NCBI RefSeq assembly: GCF_006345805.1
Contig: NC_043001.1
Coordinates: forward strand, 27,776,001-27,840,000
Source of the DNA: Octopus sinensis
Taxonomy: Eukaryota
DNA length: 64,000 nt
Reading direction: 5' to 3'
The notes beneath the pieces are model-generated. The model made no database searches, was not told the origin of the DNA, and saw only the letters and a program-made list of their open reading frames with translations. Positions 1-13,100 of the stretch are shown piece after piece (position 1 is the first letter of the stretch; each line of letters starts with the position of its first letter). Position numbers and translations under genes: made by a program.

Positions 1-249
1 AATGTCATGTAAATCTATTAGTATAGAATCTGCCATTGTCCGTTTTGTTTTTCGAAAATATTTTGTAAACTGCTGATGAGATCTGAAACCTGCTTCTCTT
101 GGTTACTTATTGTACAACAGAATCATTATTTTTTAACTCACTAGCTTTGGTTTACAAATGTTTGATTTTTACATATTGCAAAGCTTTGAACTGATCAATA
201 TTTTTTAGCTTTATGTTGTACTGATATTTGAACTATGATTCTTGCTTGA

Positions 250-1170
250 TAAAATATGCAAACTTTTGTAAGGTTGGTGCAAGCCAATTCTTTTACTCTT
301 GTTAAGTAGACTGCCTCAAGGCTGATATGTTGAGAAGATTGTAGTTAAACTACATAGAACTTTGACAATGGCACATTTTTAATAGAGTTGACTCCCTCAT
401 TAGCAAGTTGATTCAAGCTTTAAATTTTTATATCTATTTTATTTTTGATACACACTATGTTAATTCTTTCTAAACTTCTAGTTTTATCTTGATCACTAAA
501 ATTCTTTGGAATGGGTGGTGACTCATAAGTGTTTTTTGAATGTTTGGATGTTATTTATATTTCTTATATAAATAAAACTTTTTAAATGTTAATATAAATA
601 TTTGCTCGTAGAGAATATAGAGGTAGAAGACTTATATTATCCAAATAAAAGTCTGATTTTTAGCACATTCAACATATGAGTATTAGGGTTATTTAGTGAG
701 GTGTATTGTGTTAAGTAAAAATGTTCTAGTGTTGCTCTGGTCAATTTTTCATGTAATGAGTAGATTTTTAAGCACAACTAAACATGTTGGAGATTTTTGC
801 TTAGCTGTTTAATCATTCTGTGATGTACTAACAGGTTCCTTTAATGGAATGTGACACTAAGTTTTAAAACTGCTTAGGAAAATTAGCAGTTGTGCTTTTG
901 AAGCTGCCAGATGTCTCAATGATGTTGGTAGTTCTTGTAGTGCAATTGTTGGCTCTTTTGTCTGCTGTAGCATTAATGGTTGTGTTAATGTTGCTGCTAA
1001 AAAGTGAATCTAAAGTGTTCAAATTTTAAAATATTTGGTGGTTGGTTGCCATATATATATTGGTTTAGCATTAATGTAGTATACAGGAAAAGTCAAATTG
1101 GGGAGTTGATTTCTTTCTTATTCTATGCTGATGAAGATCTTTGAGTACAGACCAAACTTGGCAGTTACAC
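250..1170 (-). mobile_element. Possible highly decayed Penelope-like retroelement remnant
   Basis: Broken - strand peptides (e.g. LTRVKE, reminiscent of GIY-YIG LxxRxKEH) and a decayed ctgatgaag...aaac motif near 1128; boundaries vague. Confidence 0.25.
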
Positions 1171-1479
1171 AGGTAATTTAGATTGCTGAACCTCATCATA
1201 TAGAGCTAGGTGAACTAGATTAATGTTGAACACTTTACAAATTATCTAGATTTTAAGTTAATATATGTGTATGAAACAAACATTTGATTAAATCTTTTAA
1301 AGATGTATATGTATATAGTTATCTTTAAAAGATTTTGTGTTAAAACTACAGATCTTACCCAGAATATTGACAGATTATTGGACACTGGTATTTTTACATG
1401 ATTTAGCCTCTTCAGTAATCAACACTCCTGGATAGAATTAAATAAAAAATCTTTGTTGATATAGAAATCAACAAACCGA

Positions 1480-2010
1480 TTTTTGCAAAAGTTAGTTGGC
1501 CTAGAACAAAGGTTTTGACTTATCTCAGAATGTCAAGTTTTTTAATCACTGAGGAGATCAAATCAAGTTGAAACTCTGGTGTCTGGCAATCTGCTGACAA
1601 CATTTTGAATGAGCTCTGTTTTTTTAACATTGTTTTTAATGTGAAATTGCTCTGAGACAAATTATTACAGCTAGCACTGTTCTACATTTGTAATATACAT
1701 GTTATGTACATTGTTATTTTTATCTAGTGCTATTTCAAGTATTTATTGATTTAATTTTAGCTTGGTCATCTTTTACACAAATCAGCAAATGCCTGGCATG
1801 CTGATTTCTGTATAGGGCTGAAGGTTTTGGTTTAGCCCAGAATGTTTGAAAGTATTTTGTCATTGGGGATACCAAATCAAGTCATGAAAGCAGTGTCTGA
1901 CAATTTGCTGCCAATGTTCTGTGCAAGCTGTGTGATTTTAATATATAAAGTCTCTTAATAGAAATTTTCTGAAACAAAATATAACAGCTAGCACTCTTCT
2001 ACATTTGTGT
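1480..2010. repeat. Diverged direct duplication, period about 315 bp
   Basis: aaggttttg..cagaatgt, aatcaagt..gtgtctg.caat.tgctg and acagctagcact.ttctacatttgt each occur twice about 315 nt apart. Confidence 0.65.
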
Positions 2011-3154
2011 CTCTGTATAATAATAGCAGTTATAAATGTTGATTGATAAGTTGGTTGATTTCTCTAATTGGGCTTCACATTACATAGAGAAGGGGGGATA
2101 GTTAAAGAGAGATGCAGAGAGAGTAAACATAGGTGCAGGATAAGGCTTACACTAGGCTTGATGGCAGGCAATGAATAAAATGCACATACACATGCACAGT
2201 TTGAGCATTTTGTTTTATTTAATTTTAAGAAATTTTTCTTTTGGAAATTATTCATTTCATCATTTTGTATTAGCATCAAGAAATTTTATAAAAATTAAAT
2301 AGTAATTATTGTATGTATGCCATATTTTCTGCTATTACCTAAAGTGGCTGCTATACATATTGCTCTTTCATTCGTTATTTACTTTGTTGATCAGGAATCT
2401 CTTGGAGACACCTATTAGGAATACAAACCAAGTTCAGTTGATATGCTTACAAAGGAATTGCAGCACTACTTTTAATGCAGTATTATATAATGCTGTGGTA
2501 GTTGTGTGTTTGTATGTGTGGGAATATTCATTTAAGAAATGTTTATGCCAAATGGTGGTCAGCATATTGTTTGTATAGACACTATATTTTTGTTTTTGAG
2601 GCAATCCTGAAATCACATTGTTGTGATTGAATAATTAACAAAATTAGACATTGAAATTATAGATTAATGACCAACAGATCATAAGTTGAAATTTTAATAC
2701 AGTCATTGTGTTGTATTCACCGAGGAAAAGATGGGCTTGCTTCAGTTTCTGATTCTATATCACAATTAATGAAATAACATTTATGTGAAGAGACAATTGC
2801 TTCACGCAACAAATACAGTAAACCACATGATTCATGTAAAGCTGCATTATTAGATTATAATTACCGAATGCATCTCCTGTATCTCAACCCTTATACATTT
2901 TAGCTGAAGTTAGTAAATTATTTAAACAACATAAAATGAATACTTACAATTTTGTAAAATATTTTTCCTTTTTTATTCAGTTAATTTCAGTTATTCTAGT
3001 GTGAGTATATTGTATATATTTAGTTGCTTTCCTTTTATTTATTTATTTACTTACTAATAAATTCAGCTTTTGCTTGTAACTTTTTGGTAGCCAGCAGTAT
3101 AAATGTATTTTGAATAGTAATGTTCTTCAATAATTATTAGAAATTTTTTTGCAG

Positions 3155-3305
3155 CTCTCGATCTTTAGCGGAAGCATGCAGTGATGGCGATGTGTCTGCA
3201 GTAAGAAAGATGTTACAAGAAGGTAGCAGTGTTCATGAGACGACGGAAGAGGGGGAGAGTTTGTTATCCCTTGCATGCTCAGCAGGCTACTATGAACTGG
3301 CTCAG
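3155..3305 (+). CDS. ANKHD1: MASK/ANKHD1 exon (ankyrin block 1): SRSLAEACSDGDVSAVRKMLQEGSSVHETTEEGESLLSLACSAGYYELAQ
   Basis: ttttgcag acceptor, CAG|gttagt donor; conserved peptide; absent from ORF track. Confidence 0.93.
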
Positions 3306-4050
3306 GTTAGTTCATGATTGTTTATTTCTATTTGTATTTCCAAAACTGAAACAATAAAAATAATTTTGGGGGTGGGTGGTCTAGTTTCTGTATCTTTCAT
3401 GTCAGCATGAGTGGATAGCTTTTGCATGATTGGGACATACGGACATTAGTATATTGTTAAAACAATCTTTCTAACTGGATTCCTTTCCCACAATCAGAAC
3501 CATTAATGTCACCTTTTAAAAAAAAAAATCACTGGGTTGCTGGAGAGAAACTTAGATATTTTGCTTTGGTGCCACAATACTTTAGTGTGAACTGAACTCG
3601 GGAGCATCAGCCAAGTTTTCTGGTACTTTATCAAGACCTCACTATCTTTCAAACAAGCAATTCCCTTATAGACACGGACGTACTTGCTGCCTGCTTTAGT
3701 TCCACTTTAGTCTTTGCACATGCTTTCTTTGTAAAGTGTCTTTTTTGAGCCTACTCTATTCACCCTGTATAAACACAATCAGGTGGAAGCTTTTCAGGGT
3801 CACTTAAGCCTAACAAACTGATTGCCCCAAATAATATCAGATACCAACCTGTGTTTCCCAGATATCTTCTACTTTGTTAGGAAATTATTAGTTGGGAAAT
3901 GTGCAAAAGTATCTCCTATTTACATAAAAAGCAGTCTTTCGAGCTATCAGTTATAAGAGGACGTTAAATGATAATTATTTATCCCCTGGTGTTCAGCACT
4001 CATTCTTTTTGCTCATTATTGTGTGTGTCTGTGTGTATATACATACATAT

Positions 4051-4109
<59 letters not shown>

Positions 4110-7100
4110 TGTATGTAATGAAGGAGAGGTACAGATATACCTAATCCTCAGTGATTCATTGTCCACTTTTCCATATTTGCGCGGGTCAGATAGAAATCTG
4201 TTGAGGTAGATTTTGTTAATGGCTGAATGCCCTTTCTCTCACCAGTGGCCTGACATGTTTTTCATGGAAAGTCGGAAATGAATGATGTATGATGATGATG
4301 TTCATTTAGAATCATCAAGTATGTCATAAGAAGGACATTTATATGCATGCATGCATACATAGTAGGCTTCTTTCAGTTTCTGTTTTTCAAAACCATTTAG
4401 TGTTTTGTATTATTAAGTCTGAGCATTGTTTATGTACCTTCTCTTTTCAACTTATATGGGGCAGTAAGAGCTATATAGAACTTGCAAAGAATCTAATTTG
4501 ATTGTTATTTTTATTTTTAAAAAACACATCTACTTTAAATGTTTTTATTTATAAATAGCTGGTTTGAAAATTCCACTCTGTACATATAGATACTATTTGA
4601 TTTGAAAGTATCTACGGTATTTCTAATTAGCTTTTTATTGATTTTCTTTATAGGTTTTGTTGGTTATGAAAGCAAATGTTGAAGACAGAGGCATCAAGGG
4701 TGACTGTACTCCATTAATGGAAGCTTCTAGTGGAGGTTTTGTCGACATTGCCAAACTATTAATTACTCATGGAGCTGATGTGAATGCACAATCTTCAGCT
4801 GGTAATTTTTTTTTTTTTTAGTAAATAATTTATGGAATTTCTTCTTCTTGTCTTCTATGATTATACTGCATTAATATATAATGAAATAATTCCTTGAAAG
4901 CTATTTTAATTGCATAATTACTTTTCAAGTGTCTTCTACACTCCAATGTTGATATACACACACTTTGCACTCCATTTTTTTCTCTTTACTGAAGCTCATT
5001 GTTAAACATAAGTTATAAACAAAAATTAAACTCTACCAACTATTTTTGTTAAAATTGACTATTTTTAAATTAGACATGCTCTTTTACAAAACAAACTTTT
5101 AGATAAAGAATATTCCTAGACTGTATGAGAATGCTCAATAGCTGTTAAACTAGGTTATCATTTCTTAGAGTCCACAAGTAACTTCTGGTTTTTATTGTTA
5201 TATATAAAGATGTTTCGGAGATGTTTCCTTTCTTGGAAGTTTTCTCTGGATTTTCCTTATTTTCTATTTTGTAATTTTGAGTTTGACTGTTTTTTGTGTA
5301 TTTGTATTATTTCATAAATGTTATGCAAAACATCCAAAGGCTTAACTGTATATATAGTTAGCAAAATGAATAGAATGAAATGTATTTACAGTATGACAGT
5401 AGTTACTGACTGGTTGGGACTTTGAGGCACAACACTTTACCTCTGTCTAAATTTACCTAAACAGATGTGTAATATTACTTAACAACAGCTTGTGATTAAC
5501 TACTCAAGTTTTGGGTCTACTAATGTTGGATATAACCATTTTAATGAAGGCATCGTTCTATACATTCTATATTAATGGGTTTCACTTTGTGCAAATAATT
5601 TATTAAAATCAATTTTTATCTAATTCATTTTTACACACTAGAATACAGACAAAATTTAAATTTATTACTGCTCTAAATGTCTTGCCCATTTATCTAAAGA
5701 ATGTGCAAGGCATTTAGTGAGAGGAACAGAAGGATCTAACTTGGAATGTTGAACATTACATTTATTTTACTTTTTTTTTTCTTGGTTCTAATATTTTAAT
5801 GGTCTTATTTTTAGGTAATACACCTCTTCACTATGCTGCCTGTGGTGGATTTGAGGATGTTGTGATGGTTTTAATTGAATATGGTGCCAATGTTGAAGTT
5901 CACAATGAAAATGGTCACACACCTTTAATGGAAGCAGCTAGCGCAGGTCATGTGGGAGTAGCAAAGATATTATTAGATGCCGGTGCCGGAATCAATACCC
6001 ATTCCAATGAATTTAAAGAAAGTGCCCTCACACTTGCTTGCTACAAAGGTATGTAGGAGAAAGTATTATTAAATATCTATTATTTACTGTAATATATCAT
6101 AACATACTAAGAAAATATATCCATAAAATTTTAATCTATCTATTTGTTTTACATTTCTTTGAGTTGAGTCATTGATTTTTGGCCAGATGTCCTTGTTGCT
6201 AATCGTTTTCTGTTTTTCTAGTAAAAGGGTGTTGTTGTTTTTTTTTAAATTTCACTTGTTTTCAAAACTGCTGACAAGGATGTCAACAAACTTAATGCAA
6301 AGACATAGACTGCAAATATTCACATTTGCATGCATGCACACAACTGGCATGTTTCCGAACAGTCTCTGCCTATCAGTTCCATTCACAAGGATTTGATCAG
6401 TCCAAAGCTACAGTAGAAGACACTCTCTCAGTTGCCATGCAATGGGACAAATCTCAAGACCATGTTGTTAGAAAGTAGACTTTATCCATTCAGTCATGCC
6501 TTCACCAAAATTTTTTTTGTTGTAAATAGTTTTGTTGGAAGAGTCTTATAATGTGAAGGTGACTTAGTAATGAACTCTTGGTGCTTTCAGAAACTATTCC
6601 ACAATTTCTTTTATTTCTCTGGCTATTTCCTTCACTATTTTGCTACATGTTTCTTGTCTCATCTTTATGGCTAACACCTGTTTTCAGTGTTATATTCTAA
6701 AATTAACAACTTACTCAAGGAACTCTTTCATTCCTCTGCCTTCCACACTGTGTTATGGAGGGCAAGTATTTTCAAATCATTTTGAGTATTCATCTCACTT
6801 AGGAAATGCCAGTTTATTTATTATTGTATTTCTTTTGTTTTTAATATTTTTTTTGCAAGCATGAGTTGAATGAATTTTTCTTTTGTCATTTTATTTGTGA
6901 GATACAGTATCCTAAGACATGACCATTGCTGTTTCATGTCTTCTGTCCTTACTCATTTTCTTTGCTATAAAGACCAGCTAAGGCATTTAATGTTCAGCAG
7001 CTTTTTTATGTGATATAACCTGGCACACATCAAATTTATCAGGTTTCACTCTTATACAATTTTTACTAGTTCTTTGTATTTTTTGTCTATCTTTCACTAT

Positions 7101-10100
7101 CACAGAGTATCCTTTTCTTTTTTTAAACACATTCTTTATAATCTGCCTTTCATTTAAAAAGAAAAAAAGAAGACTTCTGTCATTGGCAGCAACAACTGCT
7201 TTTTAAATGTTTCCCAGCCCTTTTGTTGCTCTGGCTGTCATATTATCACTACAATATCCTCTATCACTTAGATCATCTCGTAATCTATCAACTGCTTCAT
7301 GGATGATTTTTACTGTTTATTTGTCCTATGTATAGCTATCATGTCAATAGCCTGAGATCTCTGTCAGTCTAATATTTTCTACTGCACACTGTATGTAAAC
7401 ATTGTTGCCTTACAGTATTGAGTTTCTATCTCCTCCTTATGTATAGAAACAGATCATTTGCCAGATGCCACTGCTATTTTCTGCTCTCTGTTACTTCATT
7501 AGAACTATAGCATTTATCATATTAACCTTTAAGGTTTAGGACTCAATCTATTCTGCTGCTCTTTGATAAATTCTGCATAGGCCTCCTATTTTCTGTATCA
7601 GTTATTTCAAAACTATTTGTGTAGCTTATTTTCTTAGTCATTTTGGTTTGTAAGATTATTGAATATTATTTAGGAATGAAATCATGAGTAATATGGTGTG
7701 GTAATAAAATCATACACTAATTATACTCTTAGGTACACCCACTATAGTACAATATGTTTAAGATGTATTTATTTGACATCTTTCTTTGAATTTTTCCAAC
7801 TCTTTTGCTTATCTTATGCATTATTTCCTCTGTGTGTGTGTAGTTTGAGATTGATGCCTCCTGATTTTGTGTCAACATCAATGTAGCAAAATAATGTCGT
7901 TTTAAAATACTAAAAGAAATAGTAGATAAATTTTATAATCTGGTTTATCTTGGTTCCCTTTGGAAAACTGTTGAGAACAATCATAGATTTCGAACCTTAT
8001 CTCTAGCCATAAATAGATTGGCTGGTGCTCTTGAATAGTTGACACTTGAAAACCTCTTACATTCACACTATTGTTCTATAATTTGTTTTGCTTTCAGCTT
8101 AAATCCGTTAGCTACAGATTTGTTTTAGAATGTACAATTTATGAGAATGAAGGTCATTTGGTTTTCATGTACAGCACTCCACCTTCGTGTTTCTTCATAT
8201 AGTCATTAGAACTTGCTAAAAATAAATCTCTTTTGAAATAGTTCCCAATAGGGTCTCCCAAAATTGGGATCCTGTTTTGTTAATTCTATTTCTGGTATAT
8301 TTAATGAGATTAATGTAAATTTTCTTTGGGCTTTATTTTCTTTTCAAATTGTCTTTACTATGGCAGTGCAGTAGCTAAAGCAGCAGTGTTTAGTTATGTC
8401 CCTTTGTTATGCTTATGAAAATCTTAGTGGAGTTTACTTTGTTTCTTTTTTGGCTTTGATAAAATAGCTACAAAGTACTGCTCTCTATTTGATTTCAAAC
8501 CCCCTTCCCCAACACAATATGTAGTTCTGTGCAAAAAGTTAAAATTCATTATTATTATTTCTTATTTCACAGGACATTTAGAAATGGTTCGATTTTTATT
8601 AGAAGCTGGAGCTGATCAAGAACATAAAACAGATGAAATGCATACAGCTCTGATGGAAGCTTCGATGGATGGTCATGTCGAAGTAGCTAAACTACTTTTG
8701 GATAGTGGAGCTCAGGTAAACAACTTTATGGACAATTATTTTACTCGTATAGTGTTTTTTAATTCAGAGTTTAATTCCTAGTGAATATAACTTTCTGATA
8801 ATATCAATATTATTAACATACTGTAGTATAAACAGTAAGATCTTGGTTAATTTATTCTATAATCAGGCTGTGAAACCCAATAAGATTCTTTTCTACTGCA
8901 ACAATGATAGTTTTAGTGGGGGATAAGGCATGAAGAGAATCTTTCATTTTCCCAATTATAGTATTCCTCTGAGCTAACTGGATCCTATAAAGGAGCTGTT
9001 GTGGTAGCAGACCACGAAACACGGTTGTAATTCCTTCCTATTCCCCATGTGTATATTTAAGAATAAATTTGTCAGGAGAGATGAGGTATTGCTTTTGCAG
9101 ATCATAGTGAACTGTGCTAAATGTTCTTGTGGGTGGGAGTACTGTTATTGTGATGCAGTAATGAGGGTTTTGCTTTTCTTTGAATATAGTTGATCATTTA
9201 TTTTCTTTCACATTATTAAAGCTCACATTCAATATTACATCTTTACATTCCTCTTTTAAAGTTTTGAAACTCTATGTCTATATTAATTTATCTTTATATC
9301 ATTAATATTTGTAGGTTAATATGCCTGCTGATAGTTTTGAATCACCTTTAACATTAGCTGCATGTGGTGGGCATGTGGAATTAGCAAACTTGTTAATTGA
9401 AAGAGGTGCAAATTTGGAAGAAGTTAATGATGAAGGTTATACACCACTAATGGAAGCTGCACGAGAGGGCCATGAAGAAATGGTAGCACTTTTACTTGCT
9501 CATGGTAAGTTTTTGTTATTTCATTTATGAGATTTGGCATGAATTCTCATTTAAGTATGTATGTTTGGTTGCAAGCAGCACATCCAGCCATGAAAGCCTA
9601 CCAAAAAAAAAAAAACCCCACAGTAACAAAGATTGGCAACATTCCTGTTGCTGTGTGTATGTGTGTGCTAGATGACAAAGGAACACAAGTGGTAAGACAT
9701 AGGAATATCTGTTGAGCCATAACCAACATAGAAAAATGGATGTAGAATTATGAAAACCTAGGCTCAACAGTGGTTTTGATATATGGATGTGGATATAGTA
9801 TTTTAGCTGAATGAAAATAAAGATAATGCTTTTTAGAAATAGGATAGGTGACTAAATGGTAAATTCAGTGCCCCGACTGACTGGCTCCCATGCTGTTGGC
9901 CCGTAAAAGGCACCATCTGAACATGGTCGATGCCAGGTCAGCCTAACTGGCTCCCATTCCAGTGGCACATAAAAAGCACTATCTGAACATGATCGATGCC
10001 AGAGCCACCTAAGTGGCTCCCATGCTGGTGGCACATAAAAAGCACCCACTACACTCTCGGAGTGGTTGGTGTTAGGAAGGGTATCCAGCTGTTGAAACAT

Positions 10101-13100
10101 TGCCAGATCAGATTGGAGCCTGGTGTGGCCACTTGCTTTCCAAACCTCATGGAAGGCAGACCTTAAACGAAGATGATATATATATCTATGTATTTTATTT
10201 TTCTCTTCCTCTCTATTTCCAGTTCAAGAAGGAACTTGTCTTTCACAACAAAAATGTATGTTGAGTAAGGTTAGTGTAACTAATGGGAAGCTTGAAGAAT
10301 CACAGCTTAGCTGAAATGAAATAGTGTGTAACAAAGAAGAGAATCAGTGTGGTTTGGAAGTGAGCTGTGAGCTTTAAATAGCTTGTGGATGGGTACTATT
10401 GGTTTGAAAGATGGTGTGAAAAAGTGTTAAGTAGTCTAATAATTGAAAAATTGCAGTGTAATATAGGAATACATAGGTTGGGAAGGAATTGCATTTAGGT
10501 AGTGCTTTTCAGAATTAATTAATTACTGCATGTCAATAATTACTGTAGATGTATGGTGTCAGTGTGTGTCCAATTAGCATTTAAAAAAATAGCCATGCAG
10601 AGGGAGGATGCAGCATTTTGTTGATTAGACTTAATTATTTTCATTGTAATCTCAGATAGAAGCAGCTCTATCATGTGCAGAAGTTTATGATGTCATTTGT
10701 TTGGGATTTTTGCAATGACTACAGCTAATGTGTTCTGAAGCATTGATTCATATCTGTCCACTACGTCATTGATTTTAGAGTGTTATACACTCTCCCATAG
10801 CATTATTCAAAGAATTGAGTAATAGAATAGTAACAAATTTAGGATTAGGAAACAGTTGATTAAATCAATTTCCATTACTTAACTTGTAGTTATTGACTTT
10901 ACAGGGATGAACAGAACAGTTGGAGTAATCCCATTTCATCCCTGACTAGTAATGTGAAAAAGAAAGATATTTTTTGATGACTAATTTAGCAGAGAAAATA
11001 TTTTAAAATTATTTTCTTAAGATGTTTATATTATTTTCTATTGAAGATGTGTTTAATCAATTGCAGGTGCTGACATCAATGCCCAAACTGAAGAAACACA
11101 AGAGACAGCTTTAACTCTGGCCTGTTGTGGTGGATTTCTTGAGGTGGCTGACTTTCTTATCAAAGCTGGTGCTGACATAGAACTTGGATGTAGCACTCCT
11201 CTTATGGAGGCAGCTCAAGAAGGGCATCTGGATTTAGTTAGTTATCTTTTAAGTAATGGTAAGATATTTTACTGTTGTAAATAAAATTACAAATTATTGA
11301 ATCTAGTTTGAATTATTGACTTTTACATAAACTTGGACAAGATTTGAAGAAACACTTTTCAGGATTTATTTGTTGGTAATTTCTATTGTTTCCATCAGGA
11401 TTTTGTTTGACTCTGATTCTAACTCAGCATTTTATGGTATCATTAACTCCAATTTCTATTTACAATTAACCATTAGCATTTAAAGCAGCTATATCAGGCC
11501 TAAATGTTTTGCCTGTTTTATACTCAAACTGGCTGGAAAAGGCCTTTCGCATTCACCTACAGCGTCATTCGAAAGATAAACAATTGAATCATTGGAATCT
11601 TGAAGCTAAAAGATATGTAATTCAAAACAACGTGAATAAATAAAAATTACATTTGATGGAGTAATCTGAATGCTAAGGAGTTAAACTAATTACAGAACCT
11701 ATTCACAGTGTGAATCATCAAGCTACTTTGTCAGTTTAAAGGCTGTATTTCTGCCATCACATTTGAGAATAAGATGTAACTTAAAAAAAAATACATGGCT
11801 ATAAAATAAAAGGATATAAAAATTCTGTAAAAGTAAATTGGGAATGTGTCAGTTTACCAGTTCAAAAATCTAAACTATACCGAAATTAAATACTTAAAAA
11901 GGAAAACAAGATTAAATACCTCACATAACAGTTGGCTATTTTTAAAAGAAATAAAACTCAGATACTATATATCTAATTGAGTTTCTTTATGTCCATTCTT
12001 TTCAATATTTAAAGTATTGTTTGAATATAAAATTTGAGTGAAAGAAATAGGAAAATTTACTAACACATTGTTCTTAGAAACGTAAATGCTTCTACCAGAT
12101 TCACTTTCATAAAATCTCTTAACCCTAATCCTAGTTTCCTTATCCCTTTCTGAACACAACTGTATTTATATGGTATATTAATGCTATTACTGGTAGATTT
12201 GATATAATTTTAATTTAGTTTTCCAGAATAATTTGAGTTACAAGGTTAATGAAAGAAAAGTGCTAAAAATATTTAGTTCATATATGATAGTAAAAGGTTG
12301 AGGTTTTACTTCAGTTTCTGAAATACAGATTGCCATCCACATTATGTTACTTTACTTATTTCGTATATTTATTTCAATGTTTTGTTTTTCTCATTTGTGT
12401 TCTCACATTCAATTCCAGATGCAAATGTTCATGCTCAGACTGCAACAGGCGATACAGCACTGACGTATGCTTGTGAGAATGGACACACGGATGTTGCAGA
12501 GATCCTCCTTCGTGCTAATGCAAAACTGGTAAGGTTACAGAATCACAATTTCAACTTAAAAATAGTTTATTATTATTAATAACCACACATACCCTTTCAA
12601 AATTGTTTTATATTTTTCTGTTATGAAAAAAATTTATGAAAAATATATTAGTAACTTAATGACTCCTTTAATGAAATATATTTTTGTATTACTTTTGCTG
12701 ATACAAAAACATTGTGTCAGCCAAAGTTTTTTTAGTGTTATGGTATTGTGTAATTTCTCATTGTAAATTACCTTGATAGTTAATACATTATGCCAAATTG
12801 GCTTTCTTTTACATTCTAGGAACATGAATCTGAAGGAGGAAGAACACCTTTAATGAAAGCTGCCAGGGCAGGACATCAATGCACTGTCCAATTTTTAATA
12901 AATAAAGGTAAACTTGTCTTTATGTTGCTTCTTGAATGTGATTTAATATTGTTTGTGTCTGTTCAATCTTATGGTAGTATGCCTAAAATGATATCTAGTG
13001 AGAAACTATCTTTTATTGTTTAGATGCCTTTAACTGCGTGCATTTGTTGCCAGTGTGCCAGGATCAGAGAAGCAGCAAGAACGGCATCCAGTTTCTAGTT

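Noticed and set aside
70-1165. ctgatgagatctgaaac (about 74) and ctgatgaagatct...agaccaaac (about 1128) hammerhead-like strings
   Set aside because: The first lacks helices; the second lacks the G of GAAA and helix I.
2064-2616. Short ORFs before the first visible exon
   Set aside because: AT-rich intronic sequence with no MASK N-terminal similarity; upstream exons lie outside the window.
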